Shown piece by piece: positions 10,833 to 19,352 of a stretch of DNA of 64,000 bases. The stretch covers positions 168,043 to 232,042 of the forward strand of contig JAIUOO010000003.1 in NCBI GenBank assembly GCA_020161695.1, written 5' to 3'. Made by a program: the position numbers and the translations under genes. Position 1 is the first letter of the stretch. Every line of letters begins with the position of its first letter. The notes beneath the pieces were generated by a model. It was given only the letters and a program-made list of their open reading frames with translations, searched no databases and was not told the origin of the DNA. This DNA is from Pseudomonadota bacterium (GTDB lineage: Bacteria; Pseudomonadota; Alphaproteobacteria; Rhizobiales; Phreatobacteraceae).

Positions 10833-11525
10833 ATGACCGCCACGTCCGCCGCCGGCGCCCGGCCCCTGACCCGCGCAACGCGCTCCGAAGCGCTGCAGGC
10901 GCGGCTTGCCGACGCCATCGTCTCGGGCCGGCTGGCGCCCGGCGCGCCTTTGGACGAGGTGCAGATCGCGACGGAGTATTCGGTATCGCGCACGCCCGTG
11001 CGCGAGGCGCTGAGGCAGCTTTCGTCGTCGGGGCTGGTCGAGATCAGGCCGCATCGCGGCGCCGTGGTCGCCAAGCCCGACCATCAGCAGCTGCGGGACA
11101 TGTTCGCGGTGATGGGCGAACTCGAGGCGCTCTGCGCCGGGCAATGCGCGATCCGAATGAACAGCGCCGACCGGCAGGCACTCGACGAGCTGCATCGCGT
11201 CATGGCCGCGCTGGTGCGCGACGGCGACCTCGACGCCTATAGCCGCGCCAATATCGACTTTCACGTCGCGATCTATCGCGGCTCCGGGAACGCCTATCTC
11301 GCCGACCTGACATCCGCCACGCGGCGGCGGCTGGCGCCGTTCCGGCGTGCGCAGTTCGAGGGGCGCGACCGCCTCACCAATTCGCACCACGAGCATGGGC
11401 TGGTCATCCAGGCGATCCAGCGCGGCGACAGCGAACGCGCGGCGGCGGCCATGCGTGCCCATATCGCGCGATCGGCGGCAGCCTGGGACGTCCTGGCAAA
11501 GACGTCGGATGCAGCATCGTCTTAG
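10833..11525 (+). CDS. GntR-family transcriptional regulator (FadR/FCD subfamily)
   Basis: Winged-HTH region LDEVQIATEYSVSRTPVREALRQLSSSGLVEIRPHRG, followed by a helical FCD-like C-terminal domain. Confidence 0.85.
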   Translation: MTATSAAGARPLTRATRSEALQARLADAIVSGRLAPGAPLDEVQIATEYSVSRTPVREALRQLSSSGLVEIRPHRGAVVAKPDHQQLRDMFAVMGELEALCAGQCAIRMNSADRQALDELHRVMAALVRDGDLDAYSRANIDFHVAIYRGSGNAYLADLTSATRRRLAPFRRAQFEGRDRLTNSHHEHGLVIQAIQRGDSERAAAAMRAHIARSAAAWDVLAKTSDAASS

Positions 11526-11532
11526 GGCAGAC

Positions 11533-11555
11533 AGCCTAATTTTTAGGCTATTTTT
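11533..11555 (+). terminator. Putative intrinsic terminator after the GntR gene
   Basis: AGCCTAA-ttt-TTAGGCT hairpin followed by ATTTTTG, 8 nt after the stop. The stem is AT-rich. Confidence 0.5.
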
Positions 11556-11582
11556 GCCAACATCCGCATAGTTGCATACAAT
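11554..11582 (+). promoter_or_regulatory. Sigma-70-like promoter candidate upstream of the allophanate hydrolase operon
   Basis: TTGCCA (11554-11559), a 17-nt spacer, then TACAAT (11577-11582), inside the only AT-rich patch of this intergenic region. Confidence 0.45.
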
Positions 11583-11783
11583 TCTGCGGGCATAGCCCCA
11601 CCCCACGCACCGTGCCGACATTCACGGTGTGGCGACGATTCAAGCCCCACAGGCCTTGAATCTCCAGCGCTTTCGCAGGGGTCTCCGGTTCTCTCCCCGC
11701 GCTTCGTCCCGCCTGCTCGCCCCGCCCGCAGGCGCTTGGCACGTCGGTTGCGAAGGCTCCGCGTCACGTCACGCCGGAAGCCC
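11583..11783 (+). promoter_or_regulatory. Long (~200 nt) structured leader of unknown function
   Basis: Two clean hairpins: CACCGTG/CACGGTG at 11608-11629 and GATTCAAG/CTTGAATC at 11637-11662. I recognised no known riboswitch core. Confidence 0.3.
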
Positions 11784-13160
11784 ATGCCGAACAGCGCGCC
11801 CACCATTGCCGGACTGCACAGCGCCTATGCCGCCGGAGCGAAACCGGCGGAGGTCGTCGCGGCTGCCTATGCCCGCATCCGCGCGGTCGGCGATCCCGGC
11901 ATCTTCCTGCACCTCGCGCCGGAAGCGGATGTTCAGGCCGCCGCCGCGCATCTGCCCGCGTTCGATCCCGTGCGCTACCCGCTCTGGGGCGTGCCCTGCG
12001 CGGTGAAGGACAATATCGACGTCGCGGGCATGCCGACCACCGCCGCATGCCCGGCATTCGCCTATGCTCCCGAGCGCTCCGCCTTCGCCGTCGAGAAACT
12101 GGCTGCCGCAGGCGCCCTCGTCATCGGCAAGACCAATCTCGACCAGTTCGCCACCGGCCTCGTCGGCGTGCGCACGCCCCATCCCGTGCCGCGCAACGCC
12201 TTCGACCCCGCCCGCGTGCCGGGCGGCTCCAGTTCCGGTTCGGCCGTCGCGGTCGCACAGGGCATCGTCGCCTTCGCGCTCGGCACCGATACCGCGGGGT
12301 CGGGCCGCGTGCCCGCGGGCTTGAACGACCTCGTCGGACTGAAACCGTCGGTCGGCGCGATCTCCGCGCGAGGCATGGTGCCGGCCTGCCGCACGCTCGA
12401 CTGCGTCTCGGTCTTCGCGCGCACCGTCGATGACGCCTTCGCGGCCTATGCGGTCATGCGCGGCTTCGACGCGGGAGACGACTATTCGCGACCGGTCGCG
12501 ACCGACATGCCCTCGGAAGCCGCGCTGCCCCGCCGCCTCGGCGTGCCGGATGCGGCAAGCCTGATGTTCTTCGGCGATCACGCCGGCGAGGCTGCCTGGC
12601 AGGCGTCTCTCGCCCACCTGAAGCCGCTGGTCGACGAGATCGTCGAGATCGACCTGACGCCGTTCCTCGCCGTGGCCAGGCTGCTCTATGACGGCCCGTG
12701 GGTCGCCGAGCGCCACGCGGCGATCCGCGCCTTTCTCGCGACCAATGCGGGCAACGTCCATCCGGTGACCCGCGCCATCGTCGGCAATGCCGGCAGGTTC
12801 TCGGCGACCGACGCCTTCGAGGGTCTCTATCGCCTCGCGGAACTGCGCCGCGCGACCGAGCCGACCTGGGCGCGGATCGACACGCTGGCGGTGCCGACCG
12901 CGCCGATCTTCCCGACGCTTGCGGAACTTGAGGCCGACCCCATCGGCCCAAACAGCCGGCTCGGCACCTACACCAATTTCGTCAACCTGCTCGACCTCGC
13001 GGCCCTTGCCGTGCCGGGGCCGTTCCGGAGCGACGGCCTGCCGGCCGGCCTCACCCTCGTCGGCCCGCGTGGCAGCGACGCCGCCCTCGCGCGCCTCGGC
13101 GCCGCCTTCGAGATGCCAGCCGCCGAACGGCGCGGCGCGACCCGCCCGGCCGCCGCATGA
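11784..13160 (+). CDS. Allophanate hydrolase, amidase-signature domain (separate ORF)
   Basis: From MPNSAPTIAGLHSAY. Contains PLWGVPCAVKDNIDVAGMPTTAACPAFAY, GKTNLDQFATGLVG, GGSSSGSAVAVA and GTDTAGSGRVPA. Ends at the TGA of the ATGA junction at 13157-13160. Confidence 0.85.
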   Translation: MPNSAPTIAGLHSAYAAGAKPAEVVAAAYARIRAVGDPGIFLHLAPEADVQAAAAHLPAFDPVRYPLWGVPCAVKDNIDVAGMPTTAACPAFAYAPERSAFAVEKLAAAGALVIGKTNLDQFATGLVGVRTPHPVPRNAFDPARVPGGSSSGSAVAVAQGIVAFALGTDTAGSGRVPAGLNDLVGLKPSVGAISARGMVPACRTLDCVSVFARTVDDAFAAYAVMRGFDAGDDYSRPVATDMPSEAALPRRLGVPDAASLMFFGDHAGEAAWQASLAHLKPLVDEIVEIDLTPFLAVARLLYDGPWVAERHAAIRAFLATNAGNVHPVTRAIVGNAGRFSATDAFEGLYRLAELRRATEPTWARIDTLAVPTAPIFPTLAELEADPIGPNSRLGTYTNFVNLLDLAALAVPGPFRSDGLPAGLTLVGPRGSDAALARLGAAFEMPAAERRGATRPAAA

Positions 13161-13582
13161 TGGAGACCCAATTGTCCGACCTTATCGAGATCGTCGTCGT
13201 CGGCGCGCACCTGTCGGGCATGCCGCTGAATCGCGAACTGACCGAACTCGGCGCAAGCTTCCGCCGCGCGGCCACGACCACCGCCGACTACCGGTTCTAT
13301 GCGCTCGCCGGCGGCCCCCCGAAGCGGCCGGGCCTGATCCGCGTCGCGGACGGCACCGGCGCGCCGATCGCCTGCGAGGTCTGGGCTCTGCCGCCAGCCG
13401 GCTTCGGTACCTTCGTCAACACCATTCCGAGCCCGCTGGGCATCGGCACGCTGCGCCTTGCCGACGGCACGACGCCGAAGGGCTTCCTCGCCGAACCGGA
13501 GGGCCTCGTCGGCGCGGAGGAGATCACCGCCCACGGCGGCTGGCGCGCCTTCATGGCCCATCTCGCGGGCAGGGCCGCATGA
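13157..13582 (+). CDS. Allophanate hydrolase C-terminal domain, encoded as a separate 141-aa ORF
   Basis: IEIVVVGAHLSGMPLNRELTELGA...YRFYALAGGPPKRPGLIRV...EVWALPPAGFGTFVNTIPSPLGIGTLRLADG matches the ~15-kDa C-domain normally fused to the amidase domain. Its ATG overlaps the upstream stop. Confidence 0.75.
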   Translation: MMETQLSDLIEIVVVGAHLSGMPLNRELTELGASFRRAATTTADYRFYALAGGPPKRPGLIRVADGTGAPIACEVWALPPAGFGTFVNTIPSPLGIGTLRLADGTTPKGFLAEPEGLVGAEEITAHGGWRAFMAHLAGRAA

Positions 13583-13694
13583 GCAGGACCGCAGAACCAC
13601 GCATCGCATCCGACAACGAGTGCCGGGGCCAGTCCGGCCGAAAGCAGAGACCGGCGGGCGCCATCCGTCCCGCCCCTTCCACAGGAGCCACGCC

Positions 13695-14651
13695 ATGATC
13701 CGTCGTCGTCATTTCCTCATCGGTGCGGGCATCGCCGCCGGCACGCTCTCGGCCCCCGGCGTGCTGCGCGCGCAGCAGCGGGTGATCAAGATGGGCGCGC
13801 TGCGCCTCATCCATTCCATGCCGCCGCACTTCTACGAGCGCTTCGCGCCGGCCGGCACCAAGATCGAGATCATCACCTTCGACTCGCCGACCGACGGCAA
13901 GAACGCCGTCGTCACCAAGTCGGTCGATTTCGGCACGTTCGGCATCGCGGCGGCCATCCTCGGCGGCGCTGCCGGCGAGCCTGTCGTGGTGGTCGGCGCC
14001 CTCTCCAACAAGGGCATGGGCGTCATCTCCAAGGCAGGCTCCGACGTGCGCGCGGTCAAGGACCTCAAGGGCAAGCGCGTCGGCATCTGGCCGGGCTCCA
14101 CGCAGGAGGTCTTCATCATGGAGCGCCTGCGCATGGAGGGGCTCTCCATCCGCGACGTCACAGCGGTGCGCGTGCCCTTCGGCGAGATGCACGCCATGCT
14201 CGCCCGCGGCGACATCGACGCCTATGTCGGCGCCGAACCCGGCCCGGCCCTCTCGATCACCTCGGGCGTCGGCCAGCTTGTCGAATATCCCTACGGCACC
14301 GCCATGGGCGGCCTGAACATGATCTTCGGCACCCATGAGGAGACGGTCGCCAGGAACCCCGACCTGATCGTCACCATGCTGAAGATCCACCGCCAGGCGG
14401 TGGAGTTCATGAACGCCAACAAGCCGCTGGTCGCCGAAACCACCGTGCAGCGCCTCGGCGCCAACAAGGCGGCGGTGGAGCAGGCCCTCGGGGCCAACAA
14501 CATCGAATATGTCTGGAAGCTCGACGAGACCGTGCAGAAGCAGGCGAAGACCTATGCCGAGCAGATGCTGTCGCTGCGCCAGATCCGCGCCCTGCCCGAC
14601 TTCGCCAAGTTCCTGAATCCGAAATTCTCGGACCAGATCGCCACGGCCTGA
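13695..14651 (+). CDS. ABC transporter substrate-binding protein (NMT1/THI5-like, NitT/TauT family)
   Basis: ATG at 13695 preceded by AGGAG. Tat-like signal MIRRRHFLIGAGIAAGTLSAPGVLRAQQ. Periplasmic-binding-protein-like body. Confidence 0.8.
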   Translation: MIRRRHFLIGAGIAAGTLSAPGVLRAQQRVIKMGALRLIHSMPPHFYERFAPAGTKIEIITFDSPTDGKNAVVTKSVDFGTFGIAAAILGGAAGEPVVVVGALSNKGMGVISKAGSDVRAVKDLKGKRVGIWPGSTQEVFIMERLRMEGLSIRDVTAVRVPFGEMHAMLARGDIDAYVGAEPGPALSITSGVGQLVEYPYGTAMGGLNMIFGTHEETVARNPDLIVTMLKIHRQAVEFMNANKPLVAETTVQRLGANKAAVEQALGANNIEYVWKLDETVQKQAKTYAEQMLSLRQIRALPDFAKFLNPKFSDQIATA

Positions 14652-14727
14652 TCGGCCCCGACACCGCGCCGCCCGCGACCCTCGCGGGCGGCGCTCACCC
14701 TTGACGAGAAGCACAGGAGAATTGGCC

Positions 14728-15579
14728 ATGGCGATGGTGGAGACAGGCGCGCCGCCCGCCTCCGTGCCGGTTGCCCGGCCGGCGGGCAAGAGCCCGTGGG
14801 AGCGGCTGAAACCGGCCGCGCTGGCGCTGATCGTGCCCGCGCTGCTGCTTGCCTTCTGGCAGGTCGCGACGACCCAGCGCTGGACCCGCCTGATCCCGAC
14901 TCCCTACGAGGTCGGCGAATACATGATCGATTTCGCCTGGGGCGGCATCTACGACGATGCCTTCTCCGGCACGCTGGTCACGCACCTTCTGGCCTCGATG
15001 GGCCGGGTCTATGGCGGCTTCGCGCTCGCGGCGCTCTTCGCCCTGCCGCTCGGCCTGATGATCGGCCGCATCCCGACCGCGCGGATGGTGCTCGACCCGT
15101 TCCTGCAGGTGATGCGGCCGATCCCCGTCACCGCCTGGCTGCCGCTGTCAATGATCCTGTTCGGCCTCGGCCCGCGCTCGGCTTTTGCCCTTGTCTGCCT
15201 CGGCGCCTTCTACCCAATCCTGCTCAACACGATCTTTGGCGTGCGCTCGGTGGACCCGAAGCTGTTCGAGGCTGCGTCCATGCTGGGATGCCAAGGCAAT
15301 GCCCAGTTCTACAAGGTGGTGCTGCCGGCCGCCCTGCCCTCGATCTTCACCGGCCTGCGCCTCGGCCTCGGCCTCGCCTGGTTCGTCATCGTCGTCGGCG
15401 AGATGACCGGCGTCCCGCAGGGCCTCGGCGCGGTCATCATGGACGGACGCACGCTGTCGCGCACCGAACTCGTCATCTGCGGCATGATCATCATCGGCAT
15501 AGCCGGCTACATCTCCGACCGCATCGTCGTGATGATCGGCAACCGTCTGCTCGCCTGGAGCCCGACCCATCATGGCTGA
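14728..15579 (+). CDS. ABC transporter permease (NitT/TauT family)
   Basis: ATG at 14728 after AGGAGA. Multi-TM protein with a BPD-transporter-like region. Confidence 0.85.
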   Translation: MAMVETGAPPASVPVARPAGKSPWERLKPAALALIVPALLLAFWQVATTQRWTRLIPTPYEVGEYMIDFAWGGIYDDAFSGTLVTHLLASMGRVYGGFALAALFALPLGLMIGRIPTARMVLDPFLQVMRPIPVTAWLPLSMILFGLGPRSAFALVCLGAFYPILLNTIFGVRSVDPKLFEAASMLGCQGNAQFYKVVLPAALPSIFTGLRLGLGLAWFVIVVGEMTGVPQGLGAVIMDGRTLSRTELVICGMIIIGIAGYISDRIVVMIGNRLLAWSPTHHG

Positions 15580-16351
15580 ATCGAAAACGCCGATCATCGA
15601 GATCAGGCAGGTCTCCAAGGTCTTCAAGCTGCAGGACCAGACGATCAACGCGCTGCACGACGCCAACATCACCATCCGCAAGGGCGAATTCGTCTGCCTG
15701 ATCGGCGCGTCCGGCTGCGGCAAGTCCACGCTGCTCAGGATCATCGCCGGCTTCGAGCAGCCGACATCCGGCGAGGCGCTGATGTGGGGCACGCCCATCG
15801 CCGGACCCGACCCGACGCGCGGCATGGTATTCCAGGACTATGCGCTGTTTCCCTGGCTCTCCGTGCGCGACAATATCGGCTTCGGCCCGGCCTCGCGGGG
15901 GCTGGCGCGGTCGGTGGTGAAGGAGACGGTCGACAAGTTCGTCGAACTGGTCGGCCTCACCAAGTTCGCCAATGCCTATCCGCATCAGCTTTCCGGCGGC
16001 ATGAAGCAGCGCGTGGCGATCGCCCGCGTGCTGGCCAACGATGCCGAGATCGTGCTGATGGACGAGCCCTTCGGCGCGCTCGACGCCATGACCCGCGAGC
16101 GCCTGCAGGACGAGCTCCTCGACATCTGGCAGCGCACGGGTCTGACCGTGGTCTTCGTCACTCATTCCATCGAGGAGGCGATCTTCCTCGCCGACCGCGT
16201 GGTGGTGATGACGCCCGGCCCCGGCCGCATCGAGAGCGACAATCCGCTGATCCTGCCGCGCCCGCGCGACGTGGCGAGCCCCGAGTTCAACGACATCCGC
16301 CGCGAGCTTGGCGCGAAGCTCCACAGCCATCATGCCAAGAAGGCGGCGTGA
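15572..16351 (+). CDS. ABC transporter ATP-binding protein (NitT/TauT family)
   Basis: Walker A GASGCGKST, signature LSGGMKQRVAIARVL, Walker B IVLMDEPFGALD. Overlaps the permease gene by 8 nt. Confidence 0.9.
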   Translation: MAESKTPIIEIRQVSKVFKLQDQTINALHDANITIRKGEFVCLIGASGCGKSTLLRIIAGFEQPTSGEALMWGTPIAGPDPTRGMVFQDYALFPWLSVRDNIGFGPASRGLARSVVKETVDKFVELVGLTKFANAYPHQLSGGMKQRVAIARVLANDAEIVLMDEPFGALDAMTRERLQDELLDIWQRTGLTVVFVTHSIEEAIFLADRVVVMTPGPGRIESDNPLILPRPRDVASPEFNDIRRELGAKLHSHHAKKAA

Positions 16352-16369
16352 CGCAGAGACGAGCTTTTC

Positions 16370-17287
16370 ATGGACGTGCATCGCATGACCCAGCCGCTCC
16401 GCCCCGAGGAACGTCTCGCCTACACGGCCGCCATCGACCGGCCGCGCATAGCCCTGCCCGAGGGCAAGCACCTCGCCGTCTGGCCGGTGGTGAATGTCGA
16501 GAACTGGCGGATCGACAACCCCATGCCCCGGCAGGTGCTGGTCGCCCCGGCAGGCGCGGCGCTCCAGCCGGACATCGCCAACTGGGCCTGGCACGAATAC
16601 GGCATGCGCGTCGGCTTCTGGCGCTTCGCGGAGGCCTTCGCGCGGCACGGCATCCGCCCGACGCTGTCGATCAACGGCTCGGTCGCCGTCGACTATCCGC
16701 GCATCGCGGGCGCGGCGCGCGATGCCGGATGGGAGTTCATGGGCCATGGCTGGCACCAGGTGCCGACCCACCGGATCGAAGACCAGGCTGCGATGATCCG
16801 CCGGACGGTGGAGACGCTGTCTTCGTTCACCGGCGAGCCCGTCGCCGGCTGGCTCGGGCCGGGCCTCACCGAGACGCTGGAGACCGCCGATCATCTCGCG
16901 GCAGCAGGCATCCGCTACATTGCCGATTGGGTGGTCGACGATCTGCCGGCGCGGCTGAAGACGAGCGCGGGCGAGGTGCTGACCATGCCCTATTCGGTCG
17001 AGCTCAACGACATCCCGCTGATCATGATCCAGCATCACCGGGCCGACGAGTTCCTGAGCCGGACGCTGGCGCAGGCCGACCGGCTGATCGCCGAGGCGCG
17101 GAGCGAAGGCCCGCTCGGCGGCGCGAAGGTTCTGTCCTTCGCCATCCACCCCTATATCATGGGCGTGCCCCACCGGATCGCGGTTCTGGAGGCGCTGCTC
17201 GCCGAACTCGCCGCCCGCCCGGACGTCGTCTTCATGCAGGGGTGCGAGATCATGGACTGGTATCTGACCTCCGGCGATCCGACCTAG
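16370..17287 (+). CDS. Polysaccharide-deacetylase-fold hydrolase, PuuE-allantoinase-like
   Basis: 305-aa ORF. LAVWPVVNVENW, WHEYGMRVGFWRF, GIRPTLSINGSVA and DAGWEFMGHGWHQ follow the pattern I recall for PuuE-type enzymes (EYGxRxGFWR...GI...AGWE..HG). Confidence 0.7.
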   Translation: MDVHRMTQPLRPEERLAYTAAIDRPRIALPEGKHLAVWPVVNVENWRIDNPMPRQVLVAPAGAALQPDIANWAWHEYGMRVGFWRFAEAFARHGIRPTLSINGSVAVDYPRIAGAARDAGWEFMGHGWHQVPTHRIEDQAAMIRRTVETLSSFTGEPVAGWLGPGLTETLETADHLAAAGIRYIADWVVDDLPARLKTSAGEVLTMPYSVELNDIPLIMIQHHRADEFLSRTLAQADRLIAEARSEGPLGGAKVLSFAIHPYIMGVPHRIAVLEALLAELAARPDVVFMQGCEIMDWYLTSGDPT

Positions 17288-17313
17288 GCGACCTGCCCGA
17301 AGCGACGGAATAG

Positions 17314-17344
17314 CGTCATGCCCGGCCTTGTCCCGGCCATGACG
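17314..17344. repeat. REP-like palindromic unit (short copy)
   Basis: CGTCATGCCCGGCCTTGTCCCGGCCATGACG, an imperfect hairpin 27 nt after the deacetylase-fold gene stop. It has the same core as the copies at 43662, 56466 and 62595. Confidence 0.75.
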
Positions 17345-17371
17345 ATAGGTGTAGCTGCGAGCCTGCTACCT

Positions 17372-17890
17372 TCAGGCGGTCGCGCGCGGCTCCGCCAGCA
17401 CCAGCGCCCAGAACACGCGATAGCGCGAGCCCGGCCGGTAGCCGGTGGCGATGCCGATCCGCGTCACGGCGGGGTTCAGCATGTTGGCGCGGTGGGGCGG
17501 CGAGTCCCGCCAGCCGGAAAAGGCTTCGGCGAGGGTCAGATAGCCGGCCGAATTGTTCTCCACCGCCTCGCCATGACGGAAGCCGACGCCGGCGAGCCGC
17601 GTCGCCAGCGGCCCGGAGCGCACGCCGACCTGATCGGCCCCGCTCATCGCATTGGCCTGCGCCTCCGCCACCCGCATCAGAACGGGATCGACCGCGACGA
17701 GGCCGCGGCCGTTGTTGCGGCGGTAGCCGGAGATCATCTCGGCCGCCATGGCGGCATCCACGCGCGCGCCCGCCTGCGCGAGATTGCGGTAGAAGCTCGG
17801 CTGCGACGGCTGGACCGGCGGCGAGGAACAGCCGGCCAGCAAGAGCCACGACCCGCCGCCCACGAGCAGAGCCCGTCGCGGCGGAAACAT
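17372..17890 (-). CDS. CAP/SCP-domain lipoprotein
   Basis: Start MFPPRRALLVGGGSWLLLAGCSS (lipobox). The C-terminal GWRDSPPHRANMLNPAVTRIGIA is typical of CAP domains. Confidence 0.75.
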   Translation of the reverse strand: MFPPRRALLVGGGSWLLLAGCSSPPVQPSQPSFYRNLAQAGARVDAAMAAEMISGYRRNNGRGLVAVDPVLMRVAEAQANAMSGADQVGVRSGPLATRLAGVGFRHGEAVENNSAGYLTLAEAFSGWRDSPPHRANMLNPAVTRIGIATGYRPGSRYRVFWALVLAEPRATA

Positions 17891-18055
17891 GGCGAAATCC
17901 TTCAGCGCGCGTTCAGCCATCGAACCGTTACCTCGTCCCGGGACACTCACCCACCAGACGCACAGATGCGCGTCAATGGTTAAGCAAAGCTGTCAACGTT
18001 CTTTCAACTCTCTGGTGATTGAACCGGCGGCCAAGGATTGGGACTGGACGGGATC

Positions 18056-18319
18056 ATGCCCTGGTATCGTTGTGAAGCGCGCGGTGAACCGGCACTTGCC
18101 GCCGGCTCGGAGTTTGCCGCCACGAGGTTCGTCGAAGCCGATGCGGCCGAGACGGCAGCGCTCACGGTTCGCAAGAGCCTCGGCCGCGAGCTTGTCCGGC
18201 AAGGCATCTGCCCGCTGAAGGCCGAAGGTCTCGTTTCGGTCGCCGCCGTCCGGCGGATCGAGGAAGAGGACGTGCCGGGCATCGTGGCGCCGGACATCGT
18301 CTGGCTGGCGCGCGCATAA
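18056..18319 (+). CDS. Hypothetical protein (87 aa)
   Basis: Best of three overlapping ORFs in this gap, judged by third-position GC. No motif recognised. Confidence 0.35.
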   Translation: MPWYRCEARGEPALAAGSEFAATRFVEADAAETAALTVRKSLGRELVRQGICPLKAEGLVSVAAVRRIEEEDVPGIVAPDIVWLARA

Positions 18320-18380
18320 GGCCGTTTGAGGCGAAGTGGGTGCCGCTTCGCATCGATGCGACACCGGAAAAGCCGGGCGC

Positions 18381-19136
18381 CTATTGCGCCTGAGCCATCG
18401 CGGCGCCGATGATCGCGCCGGGCCGGCGCGGCGTGCCGGCCTGGATCAGGACAACCACGCGCTCGCATTCCGCGCCGACGAGATCGCGCTTGGAGACCGT
18501 GAAGGTCCGGGCTGCGCCGCTCCACTCGCCAAGGCTGGCATGGGCGCGCACGACATTGCGATAGGTCACGGTCTGCCCGCGGTTCTCACCGCGGCTGATA
18601 TCCACCGGTTGGCGCGATGAAACGCCGAGCAGCGTGACGGTTGCGGGATTGTCGGGACCGACGAAGGGATTGGTCTGCTCCGGCAGTCGGACCGTGACGC
18701 TGTCGCCGGCTACCGAAACGTTGACCGGCACCGCCAGCACGCCGACATGGCCCGTCGTCTGGGTCACCGACCGCTCGACCGCGACGCGGTCGGAGCCGAT
18801 GGCATGGCCCATGCCGTTGATGATCATCTGCGGCGTATAGACCTGACGGTCGCCGCGGACATAGGCATAGGCCTTCTGCCGCTTGGCGTGAAACGGGTTG
18901 GCGAGCGTGTCGCGCCAGCCGAGATAGTCCCAGTAATCGACGGCGAAGGTCAGCGCGATCACGTCGGGCCGGTCGGCGAGGTCGGCGAGATAGCGGTCGG
19001 CCGGCGGGCAGGACGAGCAGCCCTGGCTGGTGAACAGTTCCAGCACGGCGCGCGGACGCTCCGTCGCCACTGCCGTACCCGAGGCAAAAGAGACGAGCGC
19101 CAGAAGCAATCCGCCGCATGCCTTGCCGAACACCAT
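18381..19136 (-). CDS. DUF1223-family secreted thioredoxin-like protein
   Basis: Start MVFGKACGGLLLALVSFASGTAVA (signal peptide). ELFTSQGCSSCPPADRYL and AVDYWDYLGWRDT are typical DUF1223 motifs. Confidence 0.8.
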   Translation of the reverse strand: MVFGKACGGLLLALVSFASGTAVATERPRAVLELFTSQGCSSCPPADRYLADLADRPDVIALTFAVDYWDYLGWRDTLANPFHAKRQKAYAYVRGDRQVYTPQMIINGMGHAIGSDRVAVERSVTQTTGHVGVLAVPVNVSVAGDSVTVRLPEQTNPFVGPDNPATVTLLGVSSRQPVDISRGENRGQTVTYRNVVRAHASLGEWSGAARTFTVSKRDLVGAECERVVVLIQAGTPRRPGAIIGAAMAQAQ

Positions 19137-19317
19137 CGGATTCCGCCCCGATCTCAATTCCACCCAACGATATGCTGCGGCCGTTCTAGTCTCGCGGCCG
19201 CGGCCAAGGCTACTCACGGTTGGGTGAAAATCACGCAAGTCGGCGTGAAACTCAATCGATTGCAGAACGCGGTCCCGCATGTAACGGCCCGCTGGCCGGG
19301 CCGACGTCCGCGCGGCG

Positions 19318-19344
19318 AACGAAACGCCGCGCGGTGCGACCGGA
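19318..19344 (-). terminator. Stable hairpin downstream of acnA (terminator candidate, no U-tract)
   Basis: Perfect 10-bp stem CCGCGCGGCG / CGCCGCGCGG with a 7-nt loop, 9 nt past the acnA stop. Confidence 0.4.
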
Positions 19345-19352
19345 TCAGGGCC

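Noticed and set aside
11583-11783. A possible guanidine (ykkC, mini-ykkC, guanidine-III) or other known riboswitch ahead of the allophanate hydrolase / NitT-TauT operon
   Set aside because: I looked for the conserved cores as I remember them (GGGUUCCG...GGUCCGAGAG...ACGG..GGGA for ykkC, paired ACGR-loop hairpins for mini-ykkC) and did not find them. The region is kept only as an unclassified structured leader. A cmscan would be decisive.
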